A stretch of 64,000 bases of DNA from NCBI GenBank assembly GCA_964247055.1, contig OZ176056.1:1922001-1986000 (forward strand), read 5' to 3'. Origin of the DNA: Paragordius varius (lineage: Eukaryota > Animalia > Nematomorpha). Positions 11,501 to 25,300 of this stretch are shown piece by piece. The position numbers and the translations under genes were made by a program. Every line of letters starts with the position of its first letter. The first letter of the stretch is position 1. The notes under the pieces are model-generated. The model was not told the origin of the DNA and ran no database searches. It saw only the letters and a program-made list of their open reading frames with translations.

Positions 11501-13545
11501 GATATAAAGCAATTATGAAGAAATACCTTGTGGAGCTAAAGCACCTAAGAAGTTTATAAAGCAAATTATATTTCGAGAGATACAAATATGTCGTACCAAT
11601 TCCGATCGCTGCAACAACTAATTTAAATCAATGATAAAATAAAATTAGTAATTAAATTTTTAAAACAAAACTCTTCGATATTTAAACAAAAATTTTTAAA
11701 TAACTGGTGTAATTATTCTTTTTAGGATTAAATAATGATGTAATCCTTAAAATAATGTTTTATCCAGGGGCGTATCTTGCACCGCTATCCTCCAACATTT
11801 TTGTGAATTATCAATTAAATATGAAATATAATGAATGGTAAAATATGCCCATAAAATTTTTAAATGTTGATATTTATTTTATTCAAATTTTTCTGGATAT
11901 ATTTTGCTAAATTGGTGAATTAGTATATATTAAGAACGCGATTACAGTAATGTTCCCTTTATTTTATCAAAAATTTATTTTTTTTCGTTAAATTGGCATA
12001 AATATTTGGTAAAGAATGGAAAAACAAGAGCTTTATGATAATTCTTATACCTTTTTGATGAATATGATATACTGTTAATACCATAGAGCACTTGTTTTTT
12101 CCATTCTTTAACAAATGTTTATACCCATTTAACGAAAAAAAAATAAATTTTTAATGAAATAAAGGATACATGACTGTAATTTGAAAATGCGTTCCATGAA
12201 GCCATTTGTATTAATTACCCTTTTTTTACCCATTCTTATATTATTTATTTGTATAAATTGTGAGTTAATCAAAGTAATTAATTTTATTATATCCTTAAAT
12301 GTAAATGTACTGTTTTTATTTTTATTTATAAAATCCTTAAATTTTCTACTGTTTGAAATCATGTAAATGTTGACAATAAATGCCATTATGTCTAATTATT
12401 TGTCCAAACTGTCCCATTTAAAGAAATATATAATAGAAATATGAGTAGAAATAGTATACCAGGAGAAGCATCTAAAAGTTTTTTTCCATCAATGCCAGAA
12501 TCCTTTTTATGTTAAATATATTTTTATACTTGAGTCCGACCTTTGATTGGGTTTGTTTTGTTGGGCCTTTCATACTTCTTCTAAAAAATATAACATTACT
12601 ATAAAGTTTTATTTAATGGCAATTTTATATCATTGAATTTATTTCAAACGTGTAGATATAAACTTTTATACACTAAAATTCTAAGCACGGAAAAATATCA
12701 GTTAAAATCTTATGAATATAAAAAGTAGCAAATTATTTTTTTATAATAATATGATGCAATATCAGTAAAAAATTAATTTATTGAATTTTCGTAGATTTCT
12801 CTAACTTCTTCGGACGAACACAAAAATAAAGCCTGATTATTAATGCATTTTTAAATATAAATACCGTTGTATTAGGGTCTTTCTTTATATTCGCAGCTAT
12901 ATTGAAAATGAATAAGATTCACAATTATTATATAAAAACATCACATTAACTTTAACCATTTCACGTTAAAAAATGATTCGACATTGTATTCCAAATCGGT
13001 CAAAGCACTTTCTTATTTTTATTCTTATTATTATCGTTAAGCTTTTTTATTTCAAATAAACGGACGCTCTTCATTCCTAACTATGAGCTTTAAAATACTG
13101 CCTGCATTTTCCAAATATATAAACAAATTTTTTTATAAAGATCGTTGGTTAACATTGTGTAAAAATATAAAAACCTTTAGACTAAAAAATGAGGTAATCA
13201 ATTATTTAACATAAAAATAAGATTTACAATTGAGCAAAGGCAGTTAATATACAGTATGCATTTTAATGGTTGCTTATTTTATAGTAGAGTAATTTGCAAC
13301 ACAGGAGTGTATGTATGGAAAAAAGAAAGGATTAAATTGTTTATTTTATATTTTGTTGTTTTTTCCATACACTAATACTGTGTTGCAAATCGTCTATAGT
13401 GTGAAATAATCAGCCATCAAAATGCATACTGTAATAAAAATTTATATGTATTCTTAATTATCTATTTTTTTTAAAGCATGTTCAAATACTTATAATTTAG
13501 ATAGAATAAAACCCACACGCTTTTACTTGTTTCACCGGGCCCTGC
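8590..13545 (-). CDS. Micro-exon chain 3, copy A (13 exons)
   Basis: Exons: 13527-13545 (19 nt), 12865-12896 (32), 12576-12580 (5), 12530-12540 (11), 12460-12471 (12), 11597-11617 (21), 11527-11544 (18), 11155-11160 (6), 9632-9646 (15), 9425-9472 (48), 9172-9204 (33), 8655-8696 (42), 8590-8627. Translation: AGPGETTANIKKDPNTTKKSDSNASPVVAAIGIGALAPQVAATVLTVEITEAAKLVETIANTDDGGELAQLEPEATEPQPGPSGLQRIYMTLAVPFINF*. Confidence 0.8.
10235..10528. mobile_element. MITE family 2 (TA|CAGTAAAAATTGAAATTATACGGACAAA termini)
   Basis: Inverted ends ...TTTGTCCGTATA...TTTTACTG|TA. Related pieces occur at ~1-230, ~13790-13855 and ~37460-37710. Confidence 0.75.
11945..12176. mobile_element. MITE family 1 copy (shared with 54041-54262)
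   Basis: Same termini and hairpin-like arms as 17602-17832; intronic in chain 3. Confidence 0.85.
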
Positions 13546-14304
13546 CTAAAAAAGTATGATTAATTTTTTTGTAAAGCCTAAATTTATATTGTACAGTAAA
13601 AATCGGAATTTTGAGACAAAACCTGAAAACATAAAGACAAATATTTTTTTGAAAAGCAATCATATTTTGAAATCCTCTTTATAAGTAGAATATATAAATT
13701 GTGTTACGAATTAACATCTTTATTTCATACTTTGCAGTTTGATATAATGAGTTATAATTAAAATAATCAAGTCTTAAAAAAAACGATAGCCGTGTTGAAA
13801 TAATTTGTATTTATATTTTTACATTTTGTCGGTATAATTTCAATTTTCACTGTAATTATATATTATGCAGAACAGTTTTCAATTACAAGACCTAATAAAA
13901 ATATTTATCCATCAACTGAGTTTCATTTGAATCTGAAAAAATAAAACAGATGATACAATTATTTCCTTATTGAGTTTGACCCGGCTTATAATTCGCGCTT
14001 GTGATTATTAAAAATAACCAGTCAATACTTAATAACATATTTTAGAAATACAAATATGAATTTGACATATGGTAGATTTAATTTTATGTCCAAATAAATA
14101 TATATAATCATATATATGGTCATAGAAAAATTGAATTTTCACTCTCTGTGCCATTTAACTACTTATATTATTAAAGCGGAAATTGCATTTATAAGCAATA
14201 AGATCGTTATTTTTTAATCGGTCAAACCAAAATTTCTTGTATATGGTGTAAATTAAACAATGAATCACTACAATACGTAGTTTAATATCATATTATCATA
14301 AAAC

Positions 14305-14572
14305 CAGGGGTATCCAACACAAATGGCTTCGCGGGTCTTTTTGAATCAAAAAAATCGGCGGACCGCATTTGAAATATTTTGTATATATAGGTATTTATAA
14401 ATATTTGATTTGAATAATATTACAAAATACACTAGTTTGTTGCCTATCGAATCAAATAAATCAGGAGTTTTGTTTGAAAAATATTGATTTTATATTCATA
14501 GGTATATTTTTAATATTTTTCCAAATTTTCCCCGTGCCTCACGACTTATCACGGAAGTGTTGGACACCCCTA
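14305..14572. mobile_element. Old hAT-like MITE
   Basis: TIRs CAGGGGTATCCAACAC / GTGTTGGACACCCCTA. No clear TSD; degraded in copy B (~56350-56557). Confidence 0.65.
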
Positions 14573-14900
14573 TTTTAATGAAAATATTTCATATACCATT
14601 TCCATTCAAATTTACCCCTGAACAATTAAATCACCCTAAAAATAAATTAGGTGTTTTCGGGCTAATATAACTCCTCATTTATATGAAATATATCTTATTA
14701 GCTTAATTTATTTCTTTTCAATATTATTATAATTACAAAATTTCATTCTTTCAAATATAAAAAAATATAAGGTTTTAATCTTACACTTAATTTATTTAAG
14801 GGTGTTGAATTGTTCGAGGGCGAATTTGTTTGTTTAAGGGGGAATTTGAATTGTAAATGGTATATATAAAGATTATATATTGGATTCCAAAATATATTAC

Positions 14901-16997
14901 TTATTGCGAATTCTGTAACAGACACGTTGGGTATTTTAGTGAGATTCTGCAAATTCAAAAATTTGATAAATAATGATCCCAAATATAATTATGCAACAAA
15001 AAAGGGATTATTTTTAATTATAACTTGTATATTTTCTGAAATTCCTAATAATAAATATGTACAAAAATATAAATTATAAATCGATTGAAACAGCAAAACA
15101 TTTAAAAATTCTCATTTTCCTTTTTAAAAGTCTCTTATAATGTATGATTCAGAATCATACGATGTCCGCTTTATAATGGTATTTTAAAAATATGGAATAA
15201 AGATTTGACAATGACTTAAAAAACCACGAACTATAAAAGTTTTTTTTTTCATAAAATTTTGCGGAAAAGTCGAAACAAAAAATTGCTTATTTGAAACCAA
15301 TTTTAAAATAATTCTAGTATCAACCATTGTAATGCATATTTAGAGTTTTTTTCGACAAAAGCATATATGTATACTTTGTTCAATGTCCGTTCTGGATTGA
15401 TTAGTATTAGGTGAATTATTGTCATCCTTGATCTCAATAACTAATTTACAATAAAATGTTAACTATATGTAAAAAATATCAATTGACTTTGGCTTATATA
15501 TTTTTTTGAAAAAAAATTTATTCATATTAGTTAATCATAAATATTAATATTCTGAAGTAATTTAACAAATTATAATCAGGTAAAAATATAATAATATGTA
15601 AGTGTATATCTTTACCGAATACAATTTGTTTACGATATGCTATATAATTTTATAAAAAAATTATTAAAATTCGTAAAGCACAGATCAATATATTAAACCG
15701 GTCGATTGGCTTTATAATACCATTATTTGCAAACTTTTATCAATATTTAAAAAATATACCATTGCTCTTCTTTATTCTTAAAAACTTTAAATTCACCTTC
15801 AAGCATTTTAAATAACTCTAAAAATTGTGTTTTTGAATATCTTAAATTACATATAGTTTTGTAAAATAAAATTTTAATATTATTATTACATACGGAAAAA
15901 CAATGCCATGGCATTGAGAAAGATACCATTCAATAAATACAGTCATGTATCCTTTATTTTACCAAACATTTATTTTTTCGTTAAATGGGTTTAAATATTT
16001 GGTAAAGAATGGGAAAAACAAGAGATCTATGGTAATTCTTATACTTTTTTTGATGAATTTGATATTGTTAATACCATAGAGCTCTCGTTTTTTCAATTCG
16101 TTAACAAATATTTATACCCATTTAACGAAAAAAAATAAATTTTTGATAAAATAAACGATACAAGATTGTAAGTTCACTCATAATTTTTTAGGAGTATTTT
16201 AATTGCATGAAATCATCAAGGTAAGGAGGTGTGAACTCCATCAAATCACTTTCAATATTACAAATTAATAAAATAATGCTATCAATTAAAAATTTTCAAA
16301 TTTTTTTACAATTAATATAACTTAAATAAAATAATTATATTTAAATAACATTTACAATTTTTTCATATTTTAAGCAAATAATTTAGTTATATATATATTT
16401 TCTCTATCAAATACCAAATTAAAGGTTAATCACAAATTATTGTTTATTCTAAAGAAATTTTAAACCGACTAGCCTAAAATACTAAAATATACGAATGCCA
16501 TTTATCACATAATGTTCAGGTCATGATGATGAATCGTTTATATAATGATTGATTTTACATATCGATTTAGTTATATATATTTAGTATTATAATATGTCAA
16601 ATTCATATTTTGTTGGAAATTTATAGAAACTCAAAATTTAGAAATTTACTGCATAGCTAAAGTCTAAAAAGGTTATTGGTCGAATATGAAGTAGAGACAT
16701 ATTATTAGTGTTAAAGGTATTTAATAAGTGACTGACTGCTTTTAGTATATTTATTTACTAACGTTGTAGAGGTGTAAAGGTAAAAAAGCGAATAATTGCA
16801 ATGAATTACAAATCCTTACTCTATTAACTAATTTTAAGACCATATCACTCAAATATAAATTTTTGAAAATCTAAGAATCTGTAAATTATTTTAAAATCAA
16901 AAATTAACATAATTTGCCATTTAAAGCAATCAAAAAGGTTTTCGTAAAAGCACAAATCGGTGCAAATTACCTGTCGTTTGGCTTAGTAGAATACATG
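14901..16997 (-). CDS. Upstream candidate micro-exons (chain 4), copy A
   Basis: Exons: 16971-16997 (27 nt), 15721-15733 (13), 15616-15639 (24), 15375-15440 (66), 14901-14946 (46). Segments read FANNAYRKQIVFVIEIKDDNNSPNTNQSRTDIEQ and NLTKIPNVSVTEFAI. Synonymous changes in copy B: GCA/GCG, AGC/AGT, ACA/ACT, TTC/TTT. The full connectivity is unresolved. Confidence 0.5.
15940..16168. mobile_element. MITE family 1 copy (shared with 57946-58175)
   Basis: TACAGTCATGTATCCTTTATTT left end and a degenerate right TIR. Confidence 0.85.
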
Positions 16998-17601
16998 CTA
17001 TAAAATTATAAATTAATGTTCGCATAATAGCATTCATCATCGGAATATTTAATAAAATACTTTTTAAAAAAATATTTGGTTATTCACGTTAAAAAACATT
17101 TTATAAGGTCAGATATCCATAGTACAAGGTACGTTTCAACTACAATGTAATTATAAACAAGTTAACAAACATTCTTTCTTAAAAGTTATAACAGCCTAAG
17201 CAAAACAAAGTTAAATTACGTTTAGGATTAAAAATTATTTTGCATAAATACTTTGTGAACAATTTTAATTTTAAAGGGATTTATAAATCCGTGCGAAATT
17301 AAGCAACAATATAAGTTTTTAAGTATATAAATCAATAATTTGAAGCAAAAAACATCCTTTTTCACATTATTTCAGGTTAAGTATTAATAAATACTTATTC
17401 TTGTAATATTTTAATTTTTAATGTTACGATTAGGCCATTTATTATTTAAGTTTCGCTAATTAAACTTAAATGCAAAAAGGATGAATTAATGATAACTGAT
17501 TTCTTCGAATTGAAGGGAGTCAACTCATTTCAAAAAAATCGTCAAATATTTTTAATAGATTTAAGAAACGCAAGACCATTACAGCCATTATATATTAATT
17601 A

Positions 17602-17832
17602 CAGTCATGTATCCTCTATTATATCAAAAATTAACATTTTTTTCGATAAATGGGTATAAATATTTGGTAAAGAATGGAAAAAACAAGAGCTCTATGGTAT
17701 TAACCATATCATATTCATTAAAAAGAAAAGAACTACTATAGGGCTTTTGTTTTTTCCATTCTTTACCAAATATTTCTACCAATTTAAACGAAAAAAAAAT
17801 AAATTTTTGAAAAAATAAAGGATACATGACTG
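17602..17832. mobile_element. MITE family 1 (TA-flanked, Tc1/mariner-like), copy A only
   Basis: TA|CAGTCATGTATCC...GGATACATGACTG|TA with long inverted arms. The TA site is empty in copy B (~59628). Confidence 0.9.
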
Positions 17833-19359
17833 TATTGCAATAAATATTGGGAAGAGAGAGAGAATAGTTACGAGAAAACTTATGCAATAATATTCTTAGT
17901 AAGCACAATCACACGTATTTTAATATAAATTATAATACAAATAAATATATTAATTTATAAATATTAACGAAAAACAACGTTTTGATATAGAGGAATTGAA
18001 AGAAATAAATAAAATTACCAAAAATATTTAAACTAATATATTTAGATCTTGGAATTTAAATCGCATTAGTTTGTAAAATTAAAAATCTTAAAGAATTGCC
18101 GGAACCAGTTGATCAAAAAAAAACATTTTTGTGGGACATTTTTAACCCCTTGAAAATTCAAAGATTTGGTTGTCGCATGATATCAATTATAAATCAATAG
18201 CAGATCCAGTATTCCTCACATTACTATTGAAAGCTGGACATACATGACGAACGTTCAATAAATCCTTAAAAAACTTCTCCAAACAAATATGTCAGACAAA
18301 ATACCCAACCTTTACTATTTTAAACAAAATTAATTCTGAAATGCCTCTAATTGGCAATACACCAAAAACTCTCCTATTAATAAACTTTTTTATAAAATTC
18401 AATGAAACTAAACTTAAACAAACTATTTTTTAATCAAAAATCTGGGGTGATATGTTAAGCATTATTAAATGATGTAAAAAAGTCTTTATATGATTTTTTA
18501 AAGCGTATTTAAACCATTTCCATCATGTTTGAAAATGGCATGCAATACGGCTTCAACAAAAAATTTGCCAAAATTTTAGGTTTAAAACATTTTTCTAAAA
18601 ATAAATTTTTATTAATGTCGCGCGATCTGGGCATTTTGCGTTATTTTAGGGGAACCATTCATTTTAGGATTCTTCCGTGGTTCACAATCTAATGGTAAGA
18701 CCCAAAACAAAAGCAACATATAATTTTTAACATTTTTTATCACAATATATAATTGGGTATTTTTTTATACCACCCCCGATTTGTGAACATTTAAATTTAT
18801 TAATATTTACCTACTACTAATAGACAATTCCTACATAAACCAATAAGTATATAATATGATCGTAGATAAATCGATATTACTTTGCAACACAAAACGGTGA
18901 TTCTATATAATATGGTAATCTTTTATAAAACCTTTATGTTTTTAGTTTTTAAGTTTTATCTCTACTGTATAATTTTTAAGAATTTTTAAATAAATCCTGC
19001 CAATAACTTTTAATTTGGTTAAAAAATTGAAGGTAGTATACGAAATCGCTGTCTGCCCTCATTAATTTATATCAAGATATCTAAACTATAATAAATAAAT
19101 TATCCACACAATATTTGAATATTATATACGATATTATTTATTTTTTATTTTGTAAGGTGTTATGACCCCATATTTGGGGTTATATATGTATTATTTAATA
19201 AAACATTAATAAATATTGGATATCAAAATAAATGTAATGGCTGCAAGTCTTTTGTAGTTTGTTTTGAGAGTTGGAGAATAAGATATGTGACAAAAATAAG
19301 AGTGAGAAAGGCAAATTGAAATCGTATGAAAAATGTGGTAATGCTATTAAGATGTTTGT

Positions 19360-22300
19360 TTTAGTTGTTAACGAGTTGAGATTTGATTGAAAACAGATTT
19401 TGCCGGACGGTTTATTGGATTTGGCTAACTTGAGTTTACTGTAAAGGACTAAACAGATTAAAGTATTATTGTGTACATCCACTCATCACCGAAGCCCCAA
19501 TTCAGTAACAAGATAGACGGTGTTTTGGTTGTTAATGAGTTGAGAATTGATTGAAAACAGATTTTGCCGGACGGTTTATTGTAAAGACTTGGCTAACTTG
19601 AGTTTACTGTAAAGGACTAAACAGATTAAAGTATTATTGTGTACATCCACTCATCACCGAAGCTCCAATTCAGTAACAAGATAGATAGTGTAGTGTTTGT
19701 TAACAAGTTGAAAATTGTTTGAAAACTGATTTCGCCGGACGGTTTTTTGTAAGACTTGGCTAACTTGAGCTTGCTGTAAAGGACTAAACAGATTAACGTT
19801 TTATTGTGTACATCCACTCATCACCGAAGCCCCAATTCAGTAACAAGATAGATGGTGTTTTGGTTGTTAACGAGTTGAGAATTGATTGAAAACAGATTTT
19901 GCCGGACGGTTTATTGTAAAGACTTGGCTAACTTGAGTTTACTGTAAAGGACTAAACAGATTAAAGTATTATTGTGTACATCCACTCATCACCGAAGCCG
20001 CCATTCAGTAACAAGATAGATGGTGTTTTGGTTGTTAACAAGTTGAGAATTGATTGAAAACAGATTTTGCCGGACGGTTTATTGTAAGATTTGGCTAACT
20101 TGAGTTTACTGTAAAGGACTAAACAGATTAAAGTATTTGTACATCCACTCATCACCGAAGCCCCAATTCAGTAACAAGATAGACGGTGTTTTGGTTGTTA
20201 ACGAGTTGAGAATTGATTGAAAACAGATTTTGCCGGACGGTTTATTGTAAGATTTGGCTAACTTGAGTTTACTGTAAAGGACTAAACAGATTAAAGTATT
20301 ATTGTGTACATCCACTCATCACCGAAGCCCCAATTCAGTAACAAGATAGACGGTGTTTTGGTTGTTAACGAGTTGAGAATTGATTGAAAACAGATTTTGC
20401 CGGACGGTTTATTGTAAGATTTGGCTAACTTGAGTTTACTATAAAGGACTAAACAGATTAAAGTATTATTGTGTACATCTACTCATCACCGAAGCCCCAA
20501 TTCAGTAACAAGATAGACGGTGTTTTGGTTGTTAATGAGTGTAGAATTGATTGAAAACAGATTTTGCCGGACGGTTTATTGTAAGATTTGGCTAACTTGA
20601 GTTTACTGTAAAGGACTAAACAGATTAAAGTATTATTGTGTACATCCACTCATCAACGAAGCCCCAATTCGGTAACAAGATAGACGGTGTTTTGGTTGTG
20701 TTGTTAACGAGTTGAGAATTGATTGAAAACAGATTTTGCTGGACGGTTTATTGTAAGATTTGGCTAACCTGAGTTTACTGTAAAGGTTTAAACAGATTAA
20801 AGTATTATTGTGTACATCCACTCATCACCGAAGCCGCCATTCAGTAACAAGATAGATGGTGTTTTGGTTGTTAACGAATTGAGAATTGATTGAAAACAGA
20901 TTTTGCCGGACGGTTTATTGTAAAGACTTGGCTAACTTGAGTTTACTGTAAAGGACTAAACAGATTAAAGTATTATTGTGTACATCCACTCATCACCGAA
21001 GCCCCAATTCAGTAACAAGATAGACGGTGTTTTGGTTGTTAACGAATTGAGAATTGATTGAAAACAGATTTTGCCCGACGGTTTATTGTAAGATTTGGCT
21101 AACTTGAGTTTACTGTAAAGGACTAAACAGATTAAAGTATTATTGTGTACATCCACTCATCACCGAAGCCCCAATTCAGTAACAAGATAGACGGTGTTTT
21201 GGTTGTTAACGAATTGAGAATGGATTGAAAACAGATTTTGCAGGACGGTTTATTGTAAAGACTTGGCTAACTTGAGTTTACTGTAAAGGACTAAACAGAT
21301 TAAAGTATTATTGTGTACATCCACTCATCACCGAAGCCCCAATTCAGTAACAAGATAGACGGTGTTTTGGCTGTTAACGAATTGAGAATTGATTGAAAAC
21401 AGATTTTGCCGGACGGTTTATTGTAAGATTTGGCTAACTTGAGTTTACTGTAAAGGACTAAACAGATTAAAGTATTATTGTGTACATCCACTCATCACCG
21501 AAGCCCCAATTCAGTAACAAGATAGACGGTGTTTTGGTTGTTAACGAGTTGAGAATTGATTGAAAACAGATTTTGCCGGACGGTTTATTGTAAGATTTGG
21601 CTAACTTGAGTTTACTGTAAAGGACTAAACAGATTAAAGTATTATTGTGTACATCCACTCATGACCGAAGCCCCAATTCAGTAACAAGATAGACGGTGTT
21701 TTGGTTGTTAACGAGTTGAGAATTGATTGAAAACAGATTTTGCCGGACGGTTTATTGTAAGATTTGGCTAACTTGTGTTTACTGTAAAGGACTAAACAGA
21801 TTAAAGTATTATTGTGTACATCCACTCATCACCGAAGCCCCAATTCAGTAACAAGATAGACGGTGCTTTAGTTATTAACCTGAGAATTGATTGAAAACAG
21901 ATTTTGCCGGACGGTTTATTGTAAGATTTGGCTAACTTGAGTTTACTGTAAAGGACTAAACAGATTAAAGTATTATTGTGTACATCCACTCATCACCGAA
22001 GCCCCAATTCAGTAACAAGATAGACGGTGTTTTGGTTGTTAACGAGTTGAGAATTGATTGAAAACAGATTTTGCCGGACGGTTTATTGTAAGATTTGGCT
22101 AACTTGAGTTTACTGTAAAGGACTAAACAGATTAAAGTATTATTGTGTACATCCACTCATGACCGAAGCCCCAATTCAGTAACAAGATAGACGGTGTTTT
22201 GGTTGTTAACGAGTTGAGAATTGATTGAAAACAGATTTTGCCGGACGGTTTATTGTAAGATTTGGCTAACTTGAGTTTACTGTAAAGGACTAAACAGATT

Positions 22301-25300
22301 AAAGTATTATTGTGTACATCCACTCATCACCGAAGCCCCAATTCAGTAACAAGATAGACGGTGTTTTGGTTGTTAACGAGTTGAGAATTGATTCAAAACA
22401 GATTTTGCCGGACGGTTTATTGTAAAGACTTGGCTAACTTGAGTTTACTGTAAAGGACTAAACAGATTAAAGTATTATTGTGTACATCCACTCATGACCG
22501 AAGCCCCAATTCAGTAACAAGATAGACGGTGTTTTGGTTGTTAACGAGTTGAGAATTGATAGAAAACAGATTTTGCCGGACGGTTTATTGTAAGATTTGG
22601 CTAACTTGAGTTTACTGTAAAGGACTAAACAGATTAAAGTATTATTTTGTACATCCACTCATCACCGAAGCCCCAATTCAGTAACAAGATAGACGGTGTT
22701 TTGGTTGTTAACGAGTTGAGAATTGATTGAAAACAGATTTTGCCGGACGGTTTATTGTAAGATTTGGCTAACTTGAGTTTACTGTAAAGGACTAAACAGA
22801 TTAAAGTATTATTGTGTACATCCACTCATGACCGAAGCCCCAATTCAGTAACAAGATAGACGGTGTTTTGGTTGTTAACGAGTTGAGAATTGATTGAAAA
22901 CAGATTTTGCCGGACGGTTTATTGTAAGATTTGGCTAACTTGAGTTTACTGTAAAGGACTAAACAGATTAAAGTATTATTGTGTACATCCACTCATCACC
23001 GAAGCCCCAATTCAGTAACAAGATAGATGGTGTTTTAGTTGTTAACAAGTTGAGAATTGATTGAAAACACATTTTGCCGGACGGTTTATTGTAAGATTTG
23101 GCTAACTTGAGTTTACTGTAAAGGACTAAACAGATTAAAGTATTATTGTGTACATCCACTCATCACCGAAGCCCCAATTCAGTAACAAGATAGACGGTGT
23201 TTTGGTTGTTAACGAGTTGAGAATTGATTGAAAACAGATTTTGCCGGACGGTTTATTGTAAGATTTGGCAATGAGTTTACTCTAAAGGACTAAACAGATT
23301 AAAGTATTAGTGTGTACATCCACTCATCACCGAAGCCCCAATTCAGTAACAAGATAGACGGTGTTTTGGTTGTTAACGAATTGATTGATTGAAAACAGAT
23401 TTTGCCGGACGGTTTATTGTAAAGACTTGGCTAACTTGAGTTTACTGTAAAGGACTAAACAGATTAAAGTATTATTGTGTACATCCACTCATTACCGAAG
23501 CCCCAATTCAGTAACAAGATAGACGGTGTTTTGGTTGTTAACGAGTTGAGAATTGATTGAAAACAGATTTTGCCGGACGGTTTATTGTAAGATTTGGCTA
23601 ACTTGAGTTTACTGTAAAGGACTAAACAGATTAAAGTATTATTGTGTACACCACTCATCACCGAAGCCGCCATTCAGTAACAAGATAGACGGTGTTTTAG
23701 TTGTTAACAAGTTGAGAATTGATTGAAAACAGATTTTGCCGGACGGTTTATTGTAAGATTTGTCTAACTTGAGTTTACTGTAAAGGACTGAACAGATTAA
23801 AGTATTATTGTGTACATCCACTCATCACCGAAGCCCCAATTCAGTAACAAGATAGACGGTGTTTTGGTTGTTAACGAGTTGAGAATTGATTGAAAACAGA
23901 TTTTGCCGGACGGTTTATTGTAAAGAATTGGCTAACTTGAGTTTACTGTAAAGGACTAAACAGATTAAAGTATTATTGTGTACATCCACTCACCACCGAA
24001 GCCCCAATTCAGTAACAAGATAGACGGTGTTTTGGTTGTTAACGAATTTAGAATTGATTGAAAACAGATTTTGCCGGACGGTTTATTGTAAGATTTGTAT
24101 AATTTGAGTTTACTGAAAGGACTAAACAGATTAACTTTTATTTGTACATTCACTCATCACCGAAGCCCCAATTCAGTAACAAGATAGACGGTGTTTTAGT
24201 TATTAACCTGAGAATTGATTGAAAACAGATTTTGCCGGACGGTTTATTGTAAGATTTGGCTAACTTGAGTTTACTGTAAAGGACTAAACAGATTAAAGTA
24301 TTATTGTGTACATCCACTCATCACCGAAGCCCCAATTCAGTAACAAGATAGATGGTGTTTTAGTTGTTAACAAGTTGAGAATTGATTGAAAACAGATTTT
24401 GCCGGACGGTTTATTGTAAGATTTGGCTAACTTGAGTTTACTGTAAAGGACTAAACAGATTAAAGTATTATTGTGTACATCCACTCATCACCGAAGCCCC
24501 AATTCAGTAACAAGATAGACGGTGTTTTGGTTGTTAACGAGTTGAGAATTGATTGAAAACAGATTTTGCCGGACGGTTTACTGTAAGATTTGGCTAACTT
24601 GAGTTTATTGTAAAGGACTAAACAGATTAAAGTATTATTGTGTACATCCACTCATCACCGAAGCCCCAATTCAGTAACAAGATAGACGGTGTTTTGGTTG
24701 TTAACGAGTTGAGAATTGATTGAAAATAGATTTTGCCGGACGGTTTATTGTAAGATTTGGCTAACTTGAGTTTACTGTAAAGGACTAAACAGATTAAAGT
24801 ATTATTGTGTACATCCACTCATCACCGAAGCCCCAATTCAGTAACAAGATAGATGGTGTTTTAGTTGTTAACAAGTTGAGAATTGATTGAAAACAGATTT
24901 TGCCGGACGGTTTACTGTAAGATTTGGCTAACTTGAGTTTACTGTAAAGAACTAAACAGATTAAAGTATTATTGTGTACATCCACTCATCACCGAAGCCC
25001 CAATTCAGTAACAAGATAGACGGTGTTTTGGTTGTTAACGAGTTGAGAATTCATTGAAAACAGATTTTGCCGGACGGTTTATTGTAAGATTTGGCTAACA
25101 TGAGTTTACTGTAAAGGACTAAACAGATTAAAGTATTATTGTGTACATCCACTCATCACCGAAGCCGCCATTCAGTAACAAGATAGATGGTGTTTTGGTT
25201 GTTAACGAGTTGAGAATTGATTGAAAACAGATTTTGCCGGACGGTTTATTGTAAGACTTGGCTAACTTGAGTTTACTGTAAAGGACTAAACAGATTAAAG

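Larger units (their letters stand above)
1..19360. repeat. Segmental duplication, copy A (continues off the left edge)
   Basis: Collinear, same-strand similarity to ~37460-62012 throughout. Examples: ACC exon 3 at 1203-1493 vs 38843-39133; ggatggtccaggttggggttctgtggcc at ~8668 vs ~50353; array flank ~19230 vs ~61845. The offset grows from ~37.6 kb to ~42.6 kb because of insertions in copy B. Confidence 0.97.

Noticed and set aside
12806-12832. 27-nt candidate exon GCTTTA...GAAGAA
   Set aside because: The required phase 0 has a TGA in copy B, and the chain is open without it.
18090-18720. Gene or transposase in the GC-richer block (also ~60740-61340)
   Set aside because: It has stops and indels in all frames between the copies and no recognisable motif. 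It is probably an old repeat remnant.
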